NCBI GenBank assembly: GCA_965612795.1
Contig: CBFDTI010000001.1
Coordinates: forward strand, 1-64,000
Direction of reading: 5' to 3'
Length of the DNA: 64,000 nucleotides
From: an uncultured bacterium
GTDB taxonomy: Bacteria; Hydrothermota; UBA3073; NMUJ01
Shown: positions 1 through 9,663 of the stretch, one piece after another
How positions within the stretch are numbered: the stretch's first letter is position 1
Layout: every line of letters starts with the position of its first letter
Position numbers and translations under genes: made by a program
Notes under the pieces: model-generated
What the model was told of the DNA's origin: nothing
Database searches by the model: none
The model's input: only the letters and a program-made list of their open reading frames with translations

Positions 1-3
1 TTT

Positions 4-69
4 CAAGCAGAAGACGGCATACGAGATCATGCCTAGTCTCGTGGGCTCGGAGATGTGTATAAGAGACAG
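4..69 (+). other. Illumina Nextera i7 adapter contamination (P7 + 8-nt index CATGCCTA + Read2 primer + Tn5 mosaic end)
   Basis: CAAGCAGAAGACGGCATACGAGAT (4-27), CATGCCTA (28-35), GTCTCGTGGGCTCGG (36-50), AGATGTGTATAAGAGACAG (51-69). Confidence 0.99.
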
Positions 70-81
70 CCTCCTATCTGT

Positions 82-1806
82 TTATTTAAATGTAGGATCT
101 CCTGCCATGTTCATACCTAATACAAATATAAAGTTCATCTCATCTTCTCCAATATCCCATTTATTTCCACTTTGAAGAAAATAGCATGCAATTGCTTTAC
201 GTATCTCTGGATAATCATATGCGTCATATTCCATAAACTTACCCTGTATCTTGGGCAATAGGCCTCTTAGGTCACTCGCCGATAACCTTAACCCTTTTAA
301 CTGTTTTCTGAAAGGTTTGCTTCCTCTGTTGCTCCATTGATAATTTAGTAATTTCTCTGTAAGCACCCCTAATAAGAAAATAGCTCTCCTTAATGGTGTA
401 TCAAAAAACTCTTTGTACTGATCGAAAAACTCAACATATGGTCCCTTTTGCATTGTACCTCCTTTTTTCTTTAAAAGTCCTAGTTTTTCGTAAAAAAGCG
501 CTGTTATAAATACACGCAATACTGCCCTATGTTCGCGTTCCTCTGTAAATAAAGGTCTTAGCACCTGCATCGCTAAATTGAATAAACATTCTCTACTAAG
601 TGGCTTACTTTTAAATGCCGATTCGACCAGTACAAAAAAGAAATTTCTCATTTTTGCTTGTTTGTCGCCAGGCAGTTTAAAAAATCCATTAAGAAAGTCA
701 AATTGTATATCTTCATTTAAAAATATTGGCATATGTTCGAGTTGTTGCTTTATTTCGAAAATTTTTGTTATTCGTGATGGAAGTATGTTTTCCATTAATA
801 ACAATATTCTTTCGACATTTTTTTGTGGCTTTTCATAGAACTCGAATATTAATCCTATTTGATCATTCAATTGTTCCGCTTTTGCTAATAATCTTTCTTC
901 ATCGCTTTTGATTATGCGTCCATCTTTTAAAGTCTGTAATGGCTTATGTTCACTTAATAAATCGAGTGTCTTTTTAAACAGACCCTCGTCATAAACACTT
1001 AACTTAGGCAATAAATAGTATCTATGGCCATAAAAACTGAAATCTAACTTTGTATCGCGAAATTTCTTACCTTCCTGTAATTTAAGTAAACATTGATGGC
1101 ATAAGGGGAAATCTTTAAACGCTAAATAAGGTACAGCCCCTCCGGCTACAAATCCAAATTTATCCACATTGTAGAATTTTAAAATTCCAGTTTCACCAAA
1201 TACTTCTGCAAATTTACCACACAATGCACATACTCCTTTGTTTGAATAACGACGATATTTTTCATATTTTTCATACAGAAGAAGTTTTTTGAACATTTCT
1301 ATATCACCAAGGTATAGTTCTCCATTTTCTTTCCAAAAGGTAAACGTTAAGATTTTTCCCTCTTTTATTCCCTGTGCTTTATCTTCTACGTCTTTTTTAA
1401 TTCTCTCACGATTTCTTAGAACTGCTGTTATTAACATCTGTAAAAAGTATTGCTCCTTCCCGTTGAGCATGCGAGGGATCCCCTTTTTTAAATAATTCGT
1501 ACACCATGTAACAATCCTATTCTCAAACACTTCACCCGCTTTCTTACCGCTCAGTAGACACGTAGGAGAGTAGTTAGGTCCCCTGCTACCTTTTCTCGCG
1601 TACAAATATTTTAAAATGTTATCTTTTTTATAATCTTCAATCGCTATTTCCTTATATTGTAAATTGTTTTTTCCCCATTCGAATATTATTTTTAAAACTT
1701 TTTGATACCCGCCCTTTTTATTGGGATCTTCTACTTCTATCTCTAATAACTCTTTTTTACTTTGTGACAGGATGAATTCCCCAATTTCTTCTAATACTTC
1801 TATCAT
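82..1806 (-). CDS. cas8b: CRISPR type I-B large subunit Cas8b (TM1802/Csh1-like)
   Basis: 574 aa downstream of cas6; CALCG...FPLCHQC zinc motifs, FYNVDKFGF, C-terminal FLLGVL..KLL..Q...RGSKPF segment; AGGAGG for a following gene at 70-75 (minus). Confidence 0.85.
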   Translation of the reverse strand: MIEVLEEIGEFILSQSKKELLEIEVEDPNKKGGYQKVLKIIFEWGKNNLQYKEIAIEDYKKDNILKYLYARKGSRGPNYSPTCLLSGKKAGEVFENRIVTWCTNYLKKGIPRMLNGKEQYFLQMLITAVLRNRERIKKDVEDKAQGIKEGKILTFTFWKENGELYLGDIEMFKKLLLYEKYEKYRRYSNKGVCALCGKFAEVFGETGILKFYNVDKFGFVAGGAVPYLAFKDFPLCHQCLLKLQEGKKFRDTKLDFSFYGHRYYLLPKLSVYDEGLFKKTLDLLSEHKPLQTLKDGRIIKSDEERLLAKAEQLNDQIGLIFEFYEKPQKNVERILLLMENILPSRITKIFEIKQQLEHMPIFLNEDIQFDFLNGFFKLPGDKQAKMRNFFFVLVESAFKSKPLSRECLFNLAMQVLRPLFTEEREHRAVLRVFITALFYEKLGLLKKKGGTMQKGPYVEFFDQYKEFFDTPLRRAIFLLGVLTEKLLNYQWSNRGSKPFRKQLKGLRLSASDLRGLLPKIQGKFMEYDAYDYPEIRKAIACYFLQSGNKWDIGEDEMNFIFVLGMNMAGDPTFK

Positions 1807-2549
1807 AAGTTGCTGCCCCTCCTCACAATCTCAAACATCCCAAACCCCTGTGCAGTTTTTGCTCCCAATCCCGCCTCGTATGCGAGCTTGATAAGCTCCT
1901 GTGCACCATCAACTTTATAGTCACCCATCCACCCCTTGATAACCGTACCTTTATATTTTATGATCTTCAACCATCCACTCTTGAACCCTATTGGTTCTAT
2001 ATGGAATGTCACATTTCCCGGCTTCTCACCATACAATGCACGATATTTCTTCACCAAATTTTCACCTATAAGTTTAGCAAACTCTTTCTCCACCGGCGAA
2101 TAGTAGTATGTCTTCCTCCTACCATCTGCCGTCTTTACTGTACTATACATTGTCATCGGTGATATCATCCGTATCCTCTCTTCCCCATGTATCTCAGGCA
2201 TAAACTCAACATTTATCGCCTCCACCACCACTTGGTTATCACCCAGCCTAAACTCTGGCTTCCTCGCCAGGTTACATGCAAGCTCCTCCATAAACTCCAC
2301 CATCGGTGAGCTTATCTTCAGTTCTATCGGATACTGAAACCTTATCTTATTATTCTCCAGCTTACATTTACCCATAAGCCTCGAAAACGTAAACGGTTTA
2401 AACCTACGCTTACCCAACACAAATCCCTCATCATGCCACCTCTCACGTAACCCACCCAGCGACTCGTAAATAAATGCCTGCACTATATGATTATAATGCA
2501 CTGGTAGCACACATTCTCCCTCCCCCCATAACTTAACAGTTATCCTCAT
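1803..2549 (-). CDS. cas6: CRISPR-associated endoribonuclease Cas6
   Basis: LPVHYNHIVQAFIY, HDEGF...FKPFTFS and C-terminal Gly-rich loop GLGAKTAQGFG. Confidence 0.95.
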   Translation of the reverse strand: MRITVKLWGEGECVLPVHYNHIVQAFIYESLGGLRERWHDEGFVLGKRRFKPFTFSRLMGKCKLENNKIRFQYPIELKISSPMVEFMEELACNLARKPEFRLGDNQVVVEAINVEFMPEIHGEERIRMISPMTMYSTVKTADGRRKTYYYSPVEKEFAKLIGENLVKKYRALYGEKPGNVTFHIEPIGFKSGWLKIIKYKGTVIKGWMGDYKVDGAQELIKLAYEAGLGAKTAQGFGMFEIVRRGSNL

Positions 2550-2623
2550 AACCTTGCACCTGTAATAATACCATCATAGCCTATCACACCAAAAGCCCAG
2601 CGCTCGCATGGTACAACGTGCAT
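2546..2623 (-). CDS. putative 25-aa leader ORF coupled to cas6
   Basis: GGGAG SD 6 nt before ATG; MHVVPCERWAFGVIGYDGIITGARL*; TGA overlaps the cas6 ATG (ATGA). Confidence 0.3.
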   Translation of the reverse strand: MHVVPCERWAFGVIGYDGIITGARL

Positions 2624-2702
2624 ACTATTCTCCCGCATGTAATCTTGAAAAAACCGAAAATAAAAATCCCCACTTTGTAGTTTAATGAGGATCTCAAAAT
2701 AT

Positions 2703-2729
2703 AATATACTCCAAATCGCCTTTTGTCAA
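2703..2729 (-). promoter_or_regulatory. sigma70-type promoter of cas operon
   Basis: TTGACA-N15-TATATT (alternatively N17-TATTAT). Confidence 0.7.
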
Positions 2730-2827
2730 GTGTTAAGAAAAGAGCTAAAGAGGTAAAGAATTCCTTGATATTCCACGCTGTCCTATTTGCAGGTTGCTTT
2801 ATCGCAGCCGATAAATTTCCAGTCACG

Positions 2828-4567
2828 TCACCGTATCAGTATCATCTTACGTGTCGCCACCGTACCGTTTACCTTAACCACACAGAAGTACACCCCCGCC
2901 TTCACTTTATTACCATCCTGATCACAGCCATCCCACTTCACACTATGTAACCCCCGCTGCTTACGTTCGTTCACCAACGTACGTATCTCCCTACCAATAG
3001 CATCGTACACCGCCAACCTCACATCAACCTCTTCCTCAAGGTAGTAGTATATAACAGTACCTCCCATACATGGACACGAGCTCACCCCACGTATCGTACC
3101 GGTATCTTTCAACTCCCCCACACCCGTCTCCTCACTCATACATATCGTACTATCACGTAGCGATACCGTTTTCCCCAAAATACCTGTCCATTCCAAAGGA
3201 TACTCTTCCTGCAGAAGCGACGAATCCATCTTCACCCCCGGCGTATCCACCGTAGGTTCAACCTCCCTCAGACACGAATCCCCCGTCTGCTGACATATTA
3301 TTATACCATCAGTATTCATCTTAGCTATCAAGAAGTTCGTCCCCCAATTACCCGGCCATCCCGTGTATCCCGCAACTATGTAGTGATTATATACATCTCG
3401 TATAATACATTGCCCATAATCATCGCTCGTCATCCACGTCAACGTCGTACATCCCACCAGCGTCCTCGTCCACATGGGGAACCCACTCGAGTGCAACTTC
3501 ATCACCAACATATCCATACTATTCGTAAGCCCCGGCGTCGTATACCCTGTCACCACATAAGTCGTATCATCCCTCACAATCGACCGTCCCCTCGCCGTAT
3601 CTCCCACACTATATATCTTACACGTACCACCCCATCCCACTGTCAGGTTACTGTTCAGCTTCATCACCACGATACTGGGAGATAACCCATAATAACTATC
3701 CGCATCACCCACAACCACAAACTGTGGCGGATCGTTCTTAATCTCATACGCACACGTATTCCATCCCGCCACTATGTAGTCATAAATCCTTCCCACCACA
3801 TATCCACTATCCTTATCAGCTCTAAACACCAACATATCCCATACATTTTCCCACTGCAAATACGACATACCTGCCACTACAAAGTTCTTCACCGGCAGGT
3901 AACTCGAATCATTTATTATCGTATACCCGTACTCATCCGAAAACCACGGCTCCTCATCTATCCACCACACTTTACCATAAATCCGCGACCATATCACCCC
4001 ACCATTTACTGCGTTCACCTTGAACACCAGCACATCAGACATCCCTCCCCACGGATCCGGCATCAGATTACCCGCAACCAAATAATCACTCCCATCCTTC
4101 ACAACAGCATACAGGTACTCATGCCCCGGTGTCTCCGGGTCAACCCATCCCCCATATACATTACCCCATACCAGGCTACCATCCGTCCGTATCTTAAACA
4201 CCAGCGCATCCGCTCCTATCAACGGCCCCGGCTGCGTATATCCAGCCACCACGTAATATACCGAATCAGTTTCCACCTCATAATCTATAGTTATCGCACG
4301 CGCATAATCGTTCGCCGTATCGATCCCCACTCCATACACCCACGCCCATACCAGCGCCCCTGTATTAGCGTTAATCTTCACAACCAACACATCTATCCCA
4401 CCAAATACCCCATCATCCGTATGTCCAGCCATCACATAGGTATTATCACACGAATCATACACCACCGCGTATGAACTATCATTGTATGTATAATCCAAAG
4501 ACGCATCGTACACATTAGCATACAACAAAAGCTGCCCTATTAAGAGCAAAAATACACTTATACTCAT
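2828..4567 (-). CDS. secreted beta-propeller repeat protein with C-terminal FlgD-Ig/T9SS-like sorting domain
   Basis: signal peptide; repeats of type YVVAG.T...D.LV.K....G.LVW...YG; C-terminus VYDAIGREIRTLV...VKWDG.DQDGNKVKAGVYF...RKMILIR. Confidence 0.8.
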   Translation of the reverse strand: MSISVFLLLIGQLLLYANVYDASLDYTYNDSSYAVVYDSCDNTYVMAGHTDDGVFGGIDVLVVKINANTGALVWAWVYGVGIDTANDYARAITIDYEVETDSVYYVVAGYTQPGPLIGADALVFKIRTDGSLVWGNVYGGWVDPETPGHEYLYAVVKDGSDYLVAGNLMPDPWGGMSDVLVFKVNAVNGGVIWSRIYGKVWWIDEEPWFSDEYGYTIINDSSYLPVKNFVVAGMSYLQWENVWDMLVFRADKDSGYVVGRIYDYIVAGWNTCAYEIKNDPPQFVVVGDADSYYGLSPSIVVMKLNSNLTVGWGGTCKIYSVGDTARGRSIVRDDTTYVVTGYTTPGLTNSMDMLVMKLHSSGFPMWTRTLVGCTTLTWMTSDDYGQCIIRDVYNHYIVAGYTGWPGNWGTNFLIAKMNTDGIIICQQTGDSCLREVEPTVDTPGVKMDSSLLQEEYPLEWTGILGKTVSLRDSTICMSEETGVGELKDTGTIRGVSSCPCMGGTVIYYYLEEEVDVRLAVYDAIGREIRTLVNERKQRGLHSVKWDGCDQDGNKVKAGVYFCVVKVNGTVATRKMILIR

Positions 4568-4615
4568 TTTTTACCCCCTATTACACTAATCACACTTTTT
4601 ACTTCAATCGTTAAT

Positions 4616-4642
4616 AATTTACCCCCAACCCCCGGATGTCAA
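4616..4642 (-). promoter_or_regulatory. sigma70-type promoter
   Basis: TTGACA-N15-TAAATT upstream of 4567. Confidence 0.65.
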
Positions 4643-4689
4643 TTCACAGCCACCACCTCCTACTCTTCTTTCCAATAAGATAAAAGTTA

Positions 4690-7600
4690 TTACCTGTTAA
4701 CCCCCACACGCAGCTCAAACTTCCTCACCTTATCGATTTCCACCTCATATGTTTTCACCTCCCGCATATCGATCACCTCACCCGTCTCACAGTCCTTCAA
4801 CTCCACCTCATACTCTTTTGGCACCCCCTTCATCCTCCAGCTCACCACACACGTATCCTTATCCTCTGTCTTCACACACACCGTCCACACCTTACACCTA
4901 CCGTCATCCGCCTTTATATCCCACGCATAATATCCTGCATTATGTCCCCATGTGGGCTCCACCATCCCCACATACACGTATCTACCCCATCCCGGTGCTG
5001 GCGGTTTCTCCACATCATACTCATCGTACCCATCCTCCGCCAGCTCACTCACCCCCACGTAGTTATCACAATCCCTCATCCCATCCCTCTCACATATCAT
5101 CTGTATCCACCACCTACATACTTCAGGCTCCATCTCACCCAGCTCACGCATCGGCTGTCTCCCCTTTATCCTCAACTGCGGATACCCATACGCCCGATAC
5201 CCTACCGCGGTTGCCTTCACCCAATACCCCCGCCACGGCTCCATCCTATCCACCATCCTATACACACCGTCTTTATACTGCCACAACCATGGCTTTATCC
5301 ATCCCCTTTGCACCGCCTCATCCAACCCCACCCGCTGTATCGGTTTACCCCAGCTAACCCATTCCACCTCCACACTATCCCACTCCACTTCCATATTGAA
5401 CGGCCCCCCTATAATATTCCATCCATCATCCAACCCCACCACATACGGTTGCCCCGTATCTATCAGTGTACCAATAACTCTTATCTCACCCCCAGTATCT
5501 GCCACCACCACATATCCCTTACCTGGTTCTATGTATTCCACCTCCATGTATCTATCACCACACCATCGCATCACCTTCATCCCCCCAAATATCGAATCCA
5601 CCTCACTCCATCTCGGTTGCATCGGTATAGATACCAACCCCACACCATCCACCCTATGTCTCATCTCATCACCCACCACCATCACAATGTTTGGCCACTT
5701 ATCATCCACCCTAACCTTCTGCTTAATGGTGTCACCCTCCACCACCGCCATCACTTCATACTCACCTGGCTCCACCTTATACTCAAACCGCCCCTTCTCA
5801 TCCGTCTCCGCCTCAAACTCACATCTACCATCACTCACGAACCTCACCTTCACCCCATGCTTACCATCACCCCACCAGCTACCCGTCACCCTACCTTTAG
5901 CTTCACAACTCCTTATCCCCACAAATGGGTTACCAAACAACGTCGCCCCCCACACCATACCCGTCGTATCCTCATACGGCCAACTCTTATACACCCTTCT
6001 TGTTGCCCACTTCTCCACCTTCTCCGCATAGTATGCTGCCCCCATATACGCACCGCTCGCCAACCCCTTGTATACATGTTCATGATCCGTACCTATCCCC
6101 CTCGTCACCGCCATCACCGTCGTACACATACTTCTACCCATTATATATGCCTCCGCTATTGTATAATCACTCTCTTTGTATATGAAATTACCCGCACTAC
6201 ATCCCCATATGAACGTTATCACCCCTCCCTGTCCCACCTGCCGTATCCACCACTCGTACACGTTACGTTTGGGCTCACGATCAAACTGCTGCAACATCGG
6301 CCCCGCATGCCCCCACACATCCACAACCTCATACGGTTGTTGCAACAACCTCAGATACGTTTCACCGTCACCAAACACCCACCTATTACCCACTGCTATC
6401 ACATTATCCCCATATATCGTACCTGCTATCTTCGCCATCTCCCACGCCGCACACCCATAATCATTATGCCCACAGTATATCAACACCCTATGTGGTACCA
6501 CCATCTCACCCTCATAGTAACGATGACACTTATCAAAGAAATACCGTATATTTTCCACATCACCATTCGTCCCCACGAAGCTCACCCACATCTGTGGCCG
6601 CCCTTCTTTACCCCAGTAATGCTTATCATACATACCATCACCATCCGTATCCTCAAACCTACCCTCCACATCCTCGTAATACAGTGCCATAGGGAACCTC
6701 CCATACGATGCCTCAAACATCGCCACCGGTATCCTACCCACCATTATCGCACCCGCTATCGTATCACATCGATACAACTCACGCAACATCTCTCGCACCT
6801 CCTCCGCCGTACACCATTCCCCATAATATACATCTAATTCCATCCCCCACCCACGCTGCACATCATCCACATACCGCTCTATATAGCTCTGCAGCTCATG
6901 CTTCAACCTCCGTTCAACCAACATCACCGCTTTCCCCCTATTCATCATCTCCTTCAATGCACCATCAAACCCATACCCCGCAGGTGGCACATACTTACGT
7001 GCTGGTAGCTCACCCACCACAGTCCTCACCCCCACTTCAACCTCACATTCATATGGTAACCTACATTTCTCACCCCCATGCACAAATCCAACCCTCACCC
7101 TGTACCTACCTGGCACCTCCGGCACCTTCAGCTTACCACACAACTCCACTGTATCACCCACCGCTACTGGCTGTCCCAGCTTCATCACCTCCTCCCCCCG
7201 TACCAACCCCCACCTATTTATCCACTCACAAACAAACCCATCACCCTCACTCCACGGTTTACCACCATCATTACACGCCTTAATCTTCACCTCTATCGTA
7301 TCACCTGCCCTCACCTTATTATCCATATTCACCTCAATATACTTCACACCCACCACCTTCTCTCTTGTAAACTCATATATGTAGTTACCTGCCCCCACAT
7401 ACAGCTTATCCCCCACCATAATGATCTCACCATCCACATACTCATCCAGCTCATACTCCCACACTATTTCACCATCACCCACATCTATCCCATACACCCG
7501 CTTATCCAACCCCCCTACATAGACAATATCGCCATCACCCCACGGCACCCCACGTGGTACATCACCTATCCTACAGCTCCACACCTCATCTCCCGTATTT

Positions 7601-8370
7601 TTGTCCACCGCATACACGTAACCATCGTCACACCCCACCACCACTTTATCATCCACCACTATCGGTTGTGTCTCCACCATACCACCCAGCTGCCTCGTCC
7701 ATATCAACTCACCCGTCTCACCCTCCACCGCATACAGTTTATCCGTCCCCACATACAGTACACCATCATCCACCGCCGGCGCCCTATCCACCTTATATCC
7801 AGTCTCCACCCTCCACATAATTCTACCATCTTCCAACCTCACCCCATACACACATCCATCAGTTCCTCCCACATACATCATATCGTCCCCCATAGCTGTT
7901 GCTTCATAGATCGATCCATCCACCTCCGTCCTCCATATCAACCCACCCTCATCTGCATCCAAACAGTACACCCCCATCTGTGCACCAAAATACAACCTAC
8001 CCTCCCTATACCATACCTTACCCGCTATCTCACCACACGTCTCATACACCCATAAAGGTTTACCCCTGTGTCTATCAAAACAGTATACATTACCATCGAA
8101 CCCCGCCACATACAGGTTATCACCCACCACCGTCGGTGTACCAGTGTAACTACTGTACCACCTATCCCCACATTTATATTCCCACATAAGCTCACCCGTC
8201 CTCACGTTGATAGCCTTAAGTTCACTCCCACCTGCATACATCACACTATCCACGATCGTCACCTTATTCGTCCCCACCTCATACCTATAGCCAAGATATA
8301 ACGGTGGCTCCATCGCCCCCACATCTATAATCAGCATCACACCACATATCACACATACTCTTTGCCACAT
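4690..8370 (-). CDS. large secreted multidomain protein: PQQ/BamB-like propeller + Ig-like + C25 (gingipain-like) peptidase + carboxypeptidase-regulatory-like domain
   Basis: repeats VYVG..DG.VYAVD..TG...W; C25-like YYEDVEG.FEDTDGDGMYD, His motif WGHAG, Cys motif WGCSAG, LFGNP; AAGGAGGTG SD. Confidence 0.75.
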   Translation of the reverse strand: MWQRVCVICGVMLIIDVGAMEPPLYLGYRYEVGTNKVTIVDSVMYAGGSELKAINVRTGELMWEYKCGDRWYSSYTGTPTVVGDNLYVAGFDGNVYCFDRHRGKPLWVYETCGEIAGKVWYREGRLYFGAQMGVYCLDADEGGLIWRTEVDGSIYEATAMGDDMMYVGGTDGCVYGVRLEDGRIMWRVETGYKVDRAPAVDDGVLYVGTDKLYAVEGETGELIWTRQLGGMVETQPIVVDDKVVVGCDDGYVYAVDKNTGDEVWSCRIGDVPRGVPWGDGDIVYVGGLDKRVYGIDVGDGEIVWEYELDEYVDGEIIMVGDKLYVGAGNYIYEFTREKVVGVKYIEVNMDNKVRAGDTIEVKIKACNDGGKPWSEGDGFVCEWINRWGLVRGEEVMKLGQPVAVGDTVELCGKLKVPEVPGRYRVRVGFVHGGEKCRLPYECEVEVGVRTVVGELPARKYVPPAGYGFDGALKEMMNRGKAVMLVERRLKHELQSYIERYVDDVQRGWGMELDVYYGEWCTAEEVREMLRELYRCDTIAGAIMVGRIPVAMFEASYGRFPMALYYEDVEGRFEDTDGDGMYDKHYWGKEGRPQMWVSFVGTNGDVENIRYFFDKCHRYYEGEMVVPHRVLIYCGHNDYGCAAWEMAKIAGTIYGDNVIAVGNRWVFGDGETYLRLLQQPYEVVDVWGHAGPMLQQFDREPKRNVYEWWIRQVGQGGVITFIWGCSAGNFIYKESDYTIAEAYIMGRSMCTTVMAVTRGIGTDHEHVYKGLASGAYMGAAYYAEKVEKWATRRVYKSWPYEDTTGMVWGATLFGNPFVGIRSCEAKGRVTGSWWGDGKHGVKVRFVSDGRCEFEAETDEKGRFEYKVEPGEYEVMAVVEGDTIKQKVRVDDKWPNIVMVVGDEMRHRVDGVGLVSIPMQPRWSEVDSIFGGMKVMRWCGDRYMEVEYIEPGKGYVVVADTGGEIRVIGTLIDTGQPYVVGLDDGWNIIGGPFNMEVEWDSVEVEWVSWGKPIQRVGLDEAVQRGWIKPWLWQYKDGVYRMVDRMEPWRGYWVKATAVGYRAYGYPQLRIKGRQPMRELGEMEPEVCRWWIQMICERDGMRDCDNYVGVSELAEDGYDEYDVEKPPAPGWGRYVYVGMVEPTWGHNAGYYAWDIKADDGRCKVWTVCVKTEDKDTCVVSWRMKGVPKEYEVELKDCETGEVIDMREVKTYEVEIDKVRKFELRVGVNR

Positions 8371-8387
8371 AACACCTCCTTTAATTT

Positions 8388-8414
8388 AATTTATCGAATC
8401 CCCCCACTTGTGAA
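8388..8414 (-). promoter_or_regulatory. sigma70-type promoter
   Basis: TTCACA-N15-TAAATT upstream of SD and ATG at 8370. Confidence 0.55.
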
Positions 8415-8549
8415 CCATTTACTATCGCTATCCACCACCTCGCTGAATATAACGCCATCCTTATAAACATAACCCACAAACCCACAAGTTACCCCAGGCG
8501 TACACAACTTGACATTTTTGAAGTCTAAATTATTGAATTATTAGACTAA

Positions 8550-8636
8550 GGAGGGTTAGCCTAATTGGTAAGGCGGCGGATTTGAAATCCGCTCCCCGCT
8601 GTAGCGGGGTTGGGGGTTCGAGTCCCTCACCCTCCG
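8550..8636 (+). tRNA. tRNA-Ser(TGA), no encoded CCA
   Basis: GGAGGGT/ACCCTCC acceptor stem, anticodon arm GCGGA-TTTGAAA-TCCGC, long variable arm, GGTTCGAGTCC. Confidence 0.95.
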
Positions 8637-8637
8637 T

Positions 8638-8726
8638 GGAGAGGTGGCCGAGCGGCTTAAGGCAGCCGATTGCTAATCGGCTGAGGGGGTAAAACCCCTC
8701 CGTGGGTTCGAATCCCACCCTCTCCG
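8638..8726 (+). tRNA. tRNA-Ser(GCT), no encoded CCA
   Basis: GGAGAGG/CCTCTCC acceptor stem, anticodon arm GCCGA-TTGCTAA-TCGGC, long variable arm, GGTTCGAATCC. Confidence 0.95.
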
Positions 8727-8733
8727 CTAATCG

Positions 8734-9663
8734 ATGTGGCTTTCTGTAATTTTTTTTATTCTCGGCCTCCTCCTGATAATCAAGGGCGCGGATTGGTTCA
8801 CCGACGCCAGCCTCTCCCTGGCCAAAAAGTTAAACATCCCCACCATCGTAATAGGGGCAACCCTCGTCAGTGTAGCCACCACCATGCCCGAATTCTTCAC
8901 CTCTTTAATAGCCACCATAAGAGGTCACACCCAGATAGCCATCGGCAACGTACTCGGTTCCTGTATCTGCAACATCGGCCTCATACTCGGGCTCGTCTGG
9001 CTCTGTTCCACCTATGTCCCCAACCACGACCGAACCGTACAGGTCAAATCCTTCCTCCTCATCGGTATGACCCTATCCGTATGGCTCCTCTCTTTCGGGT
9101 TCGGTTATACCACACGTTGGCTCAGCCTGTTACTGCTCGGCTTCACAATCCTATTCCTCAACTACAACCGTCAGCTTACCGTCACCCACCGTCGTACCAC
9201 CGTACCTATTGCATTCCCCGAGTTCTCACTCCCACGCACTTTATTATTTTTCTTCCTCGGGCTCGGCGCCCTACTCACCGGTAGCGACCTACTCGTACGT
9301 AACGGTGTCACCCTCGCACACACTCTTGGCATATCCGAGCTCGCCATCGGTATCTCACTCGTCGCCATCGGCACATCACTACCCGAGCTCGCCACCGCCA
9401 TCGCCTCCATCATCAAGCATCACCCCGAACTCTCCGTCGGCAACCTCTTAGGTGCTGACGTACTCAACCTCGGTCTCATCATCGGTGTCTGTGGCCTCGT
9501 CTCCCCCTTACCACTCTCCTACATCACACGCGTATTATCCTTACCTCTGCTGTTGATACTAACGCTTATCGTCTTCTCACCCCGCGGTAACATACGTCTA
9601 CGTGGCATTTCACTATTATGCATTTACATAGCATATCTCATACTACACCTATGGTATGGCTAA
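8734..9663 (+). CDS. calcium/sodium antiporter (CaCA, YrbG-like)
   Basis: two alpha repeats ATTMPE...GNVLGS and GTSLPE...GNLLGA; multi-TM. Confidence 0.9.
   Translation: MWLSVIFFILGLLLIIKGADWFTDASLSLAKKLNIPTIVIGATLVSVATTMPEFFTSLIATIRGHTQIAIGNVLGSCICNIGLILGLVWLCSTYVPNHDRTVQVKSFLLIGMTLSVWLLSFGFGYTTRWLSLLLLGFTILFLNYNRQLTVTHRRTTVPIAFPEFSLPRTLLFFFLGLGALLTGSDLLVRNGVTLAHTLGISELAIGISLVAIGTSLPELATAIASIIKHHPELSVGNLLGADVLNLGLIIGVCGLVSPLPLSYITRVLSLPLLLILTLIVFSPRGNIRLRGISLLCIYIAYLILHLWYG

Noticed and set aside
51..69. Tn5 mosaic end as a real transposon end
   Set aside because: Embedded in the complete Nextera adapter.
2550..2830. CRISPR array or mini-array upstream of cas6
   Set aside because: No repeated 28-37 nt unit visible; a single degenerate repeat cannot be excluded without knowing the genome's repeat.
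4749..8301. Long plus-strand ORFs (e.g. 631 aa at 4942-6837) rich in His/Pro/Thr
   Set aside because: Antisense shadows of the 1226-aa gene; the C/A-rich strand is depleted of stop codons.
8522..8547. Inverted repeat AGTCTAA...TTAGACT before tRNA-Ser
   Set aside because: Only 7-bp arms in AT-rich DNA and seen once; insufficient to call an operator.
8550..8636. tRNA-Sec
   Set aside because: Anticodon is TGA (Ser), not TCA, with a normal 7-bp acceptor stem.
8530..8718. 62-aa ORF in the track
   Set aside because: Antisense to the two tRNA-Ser genes.
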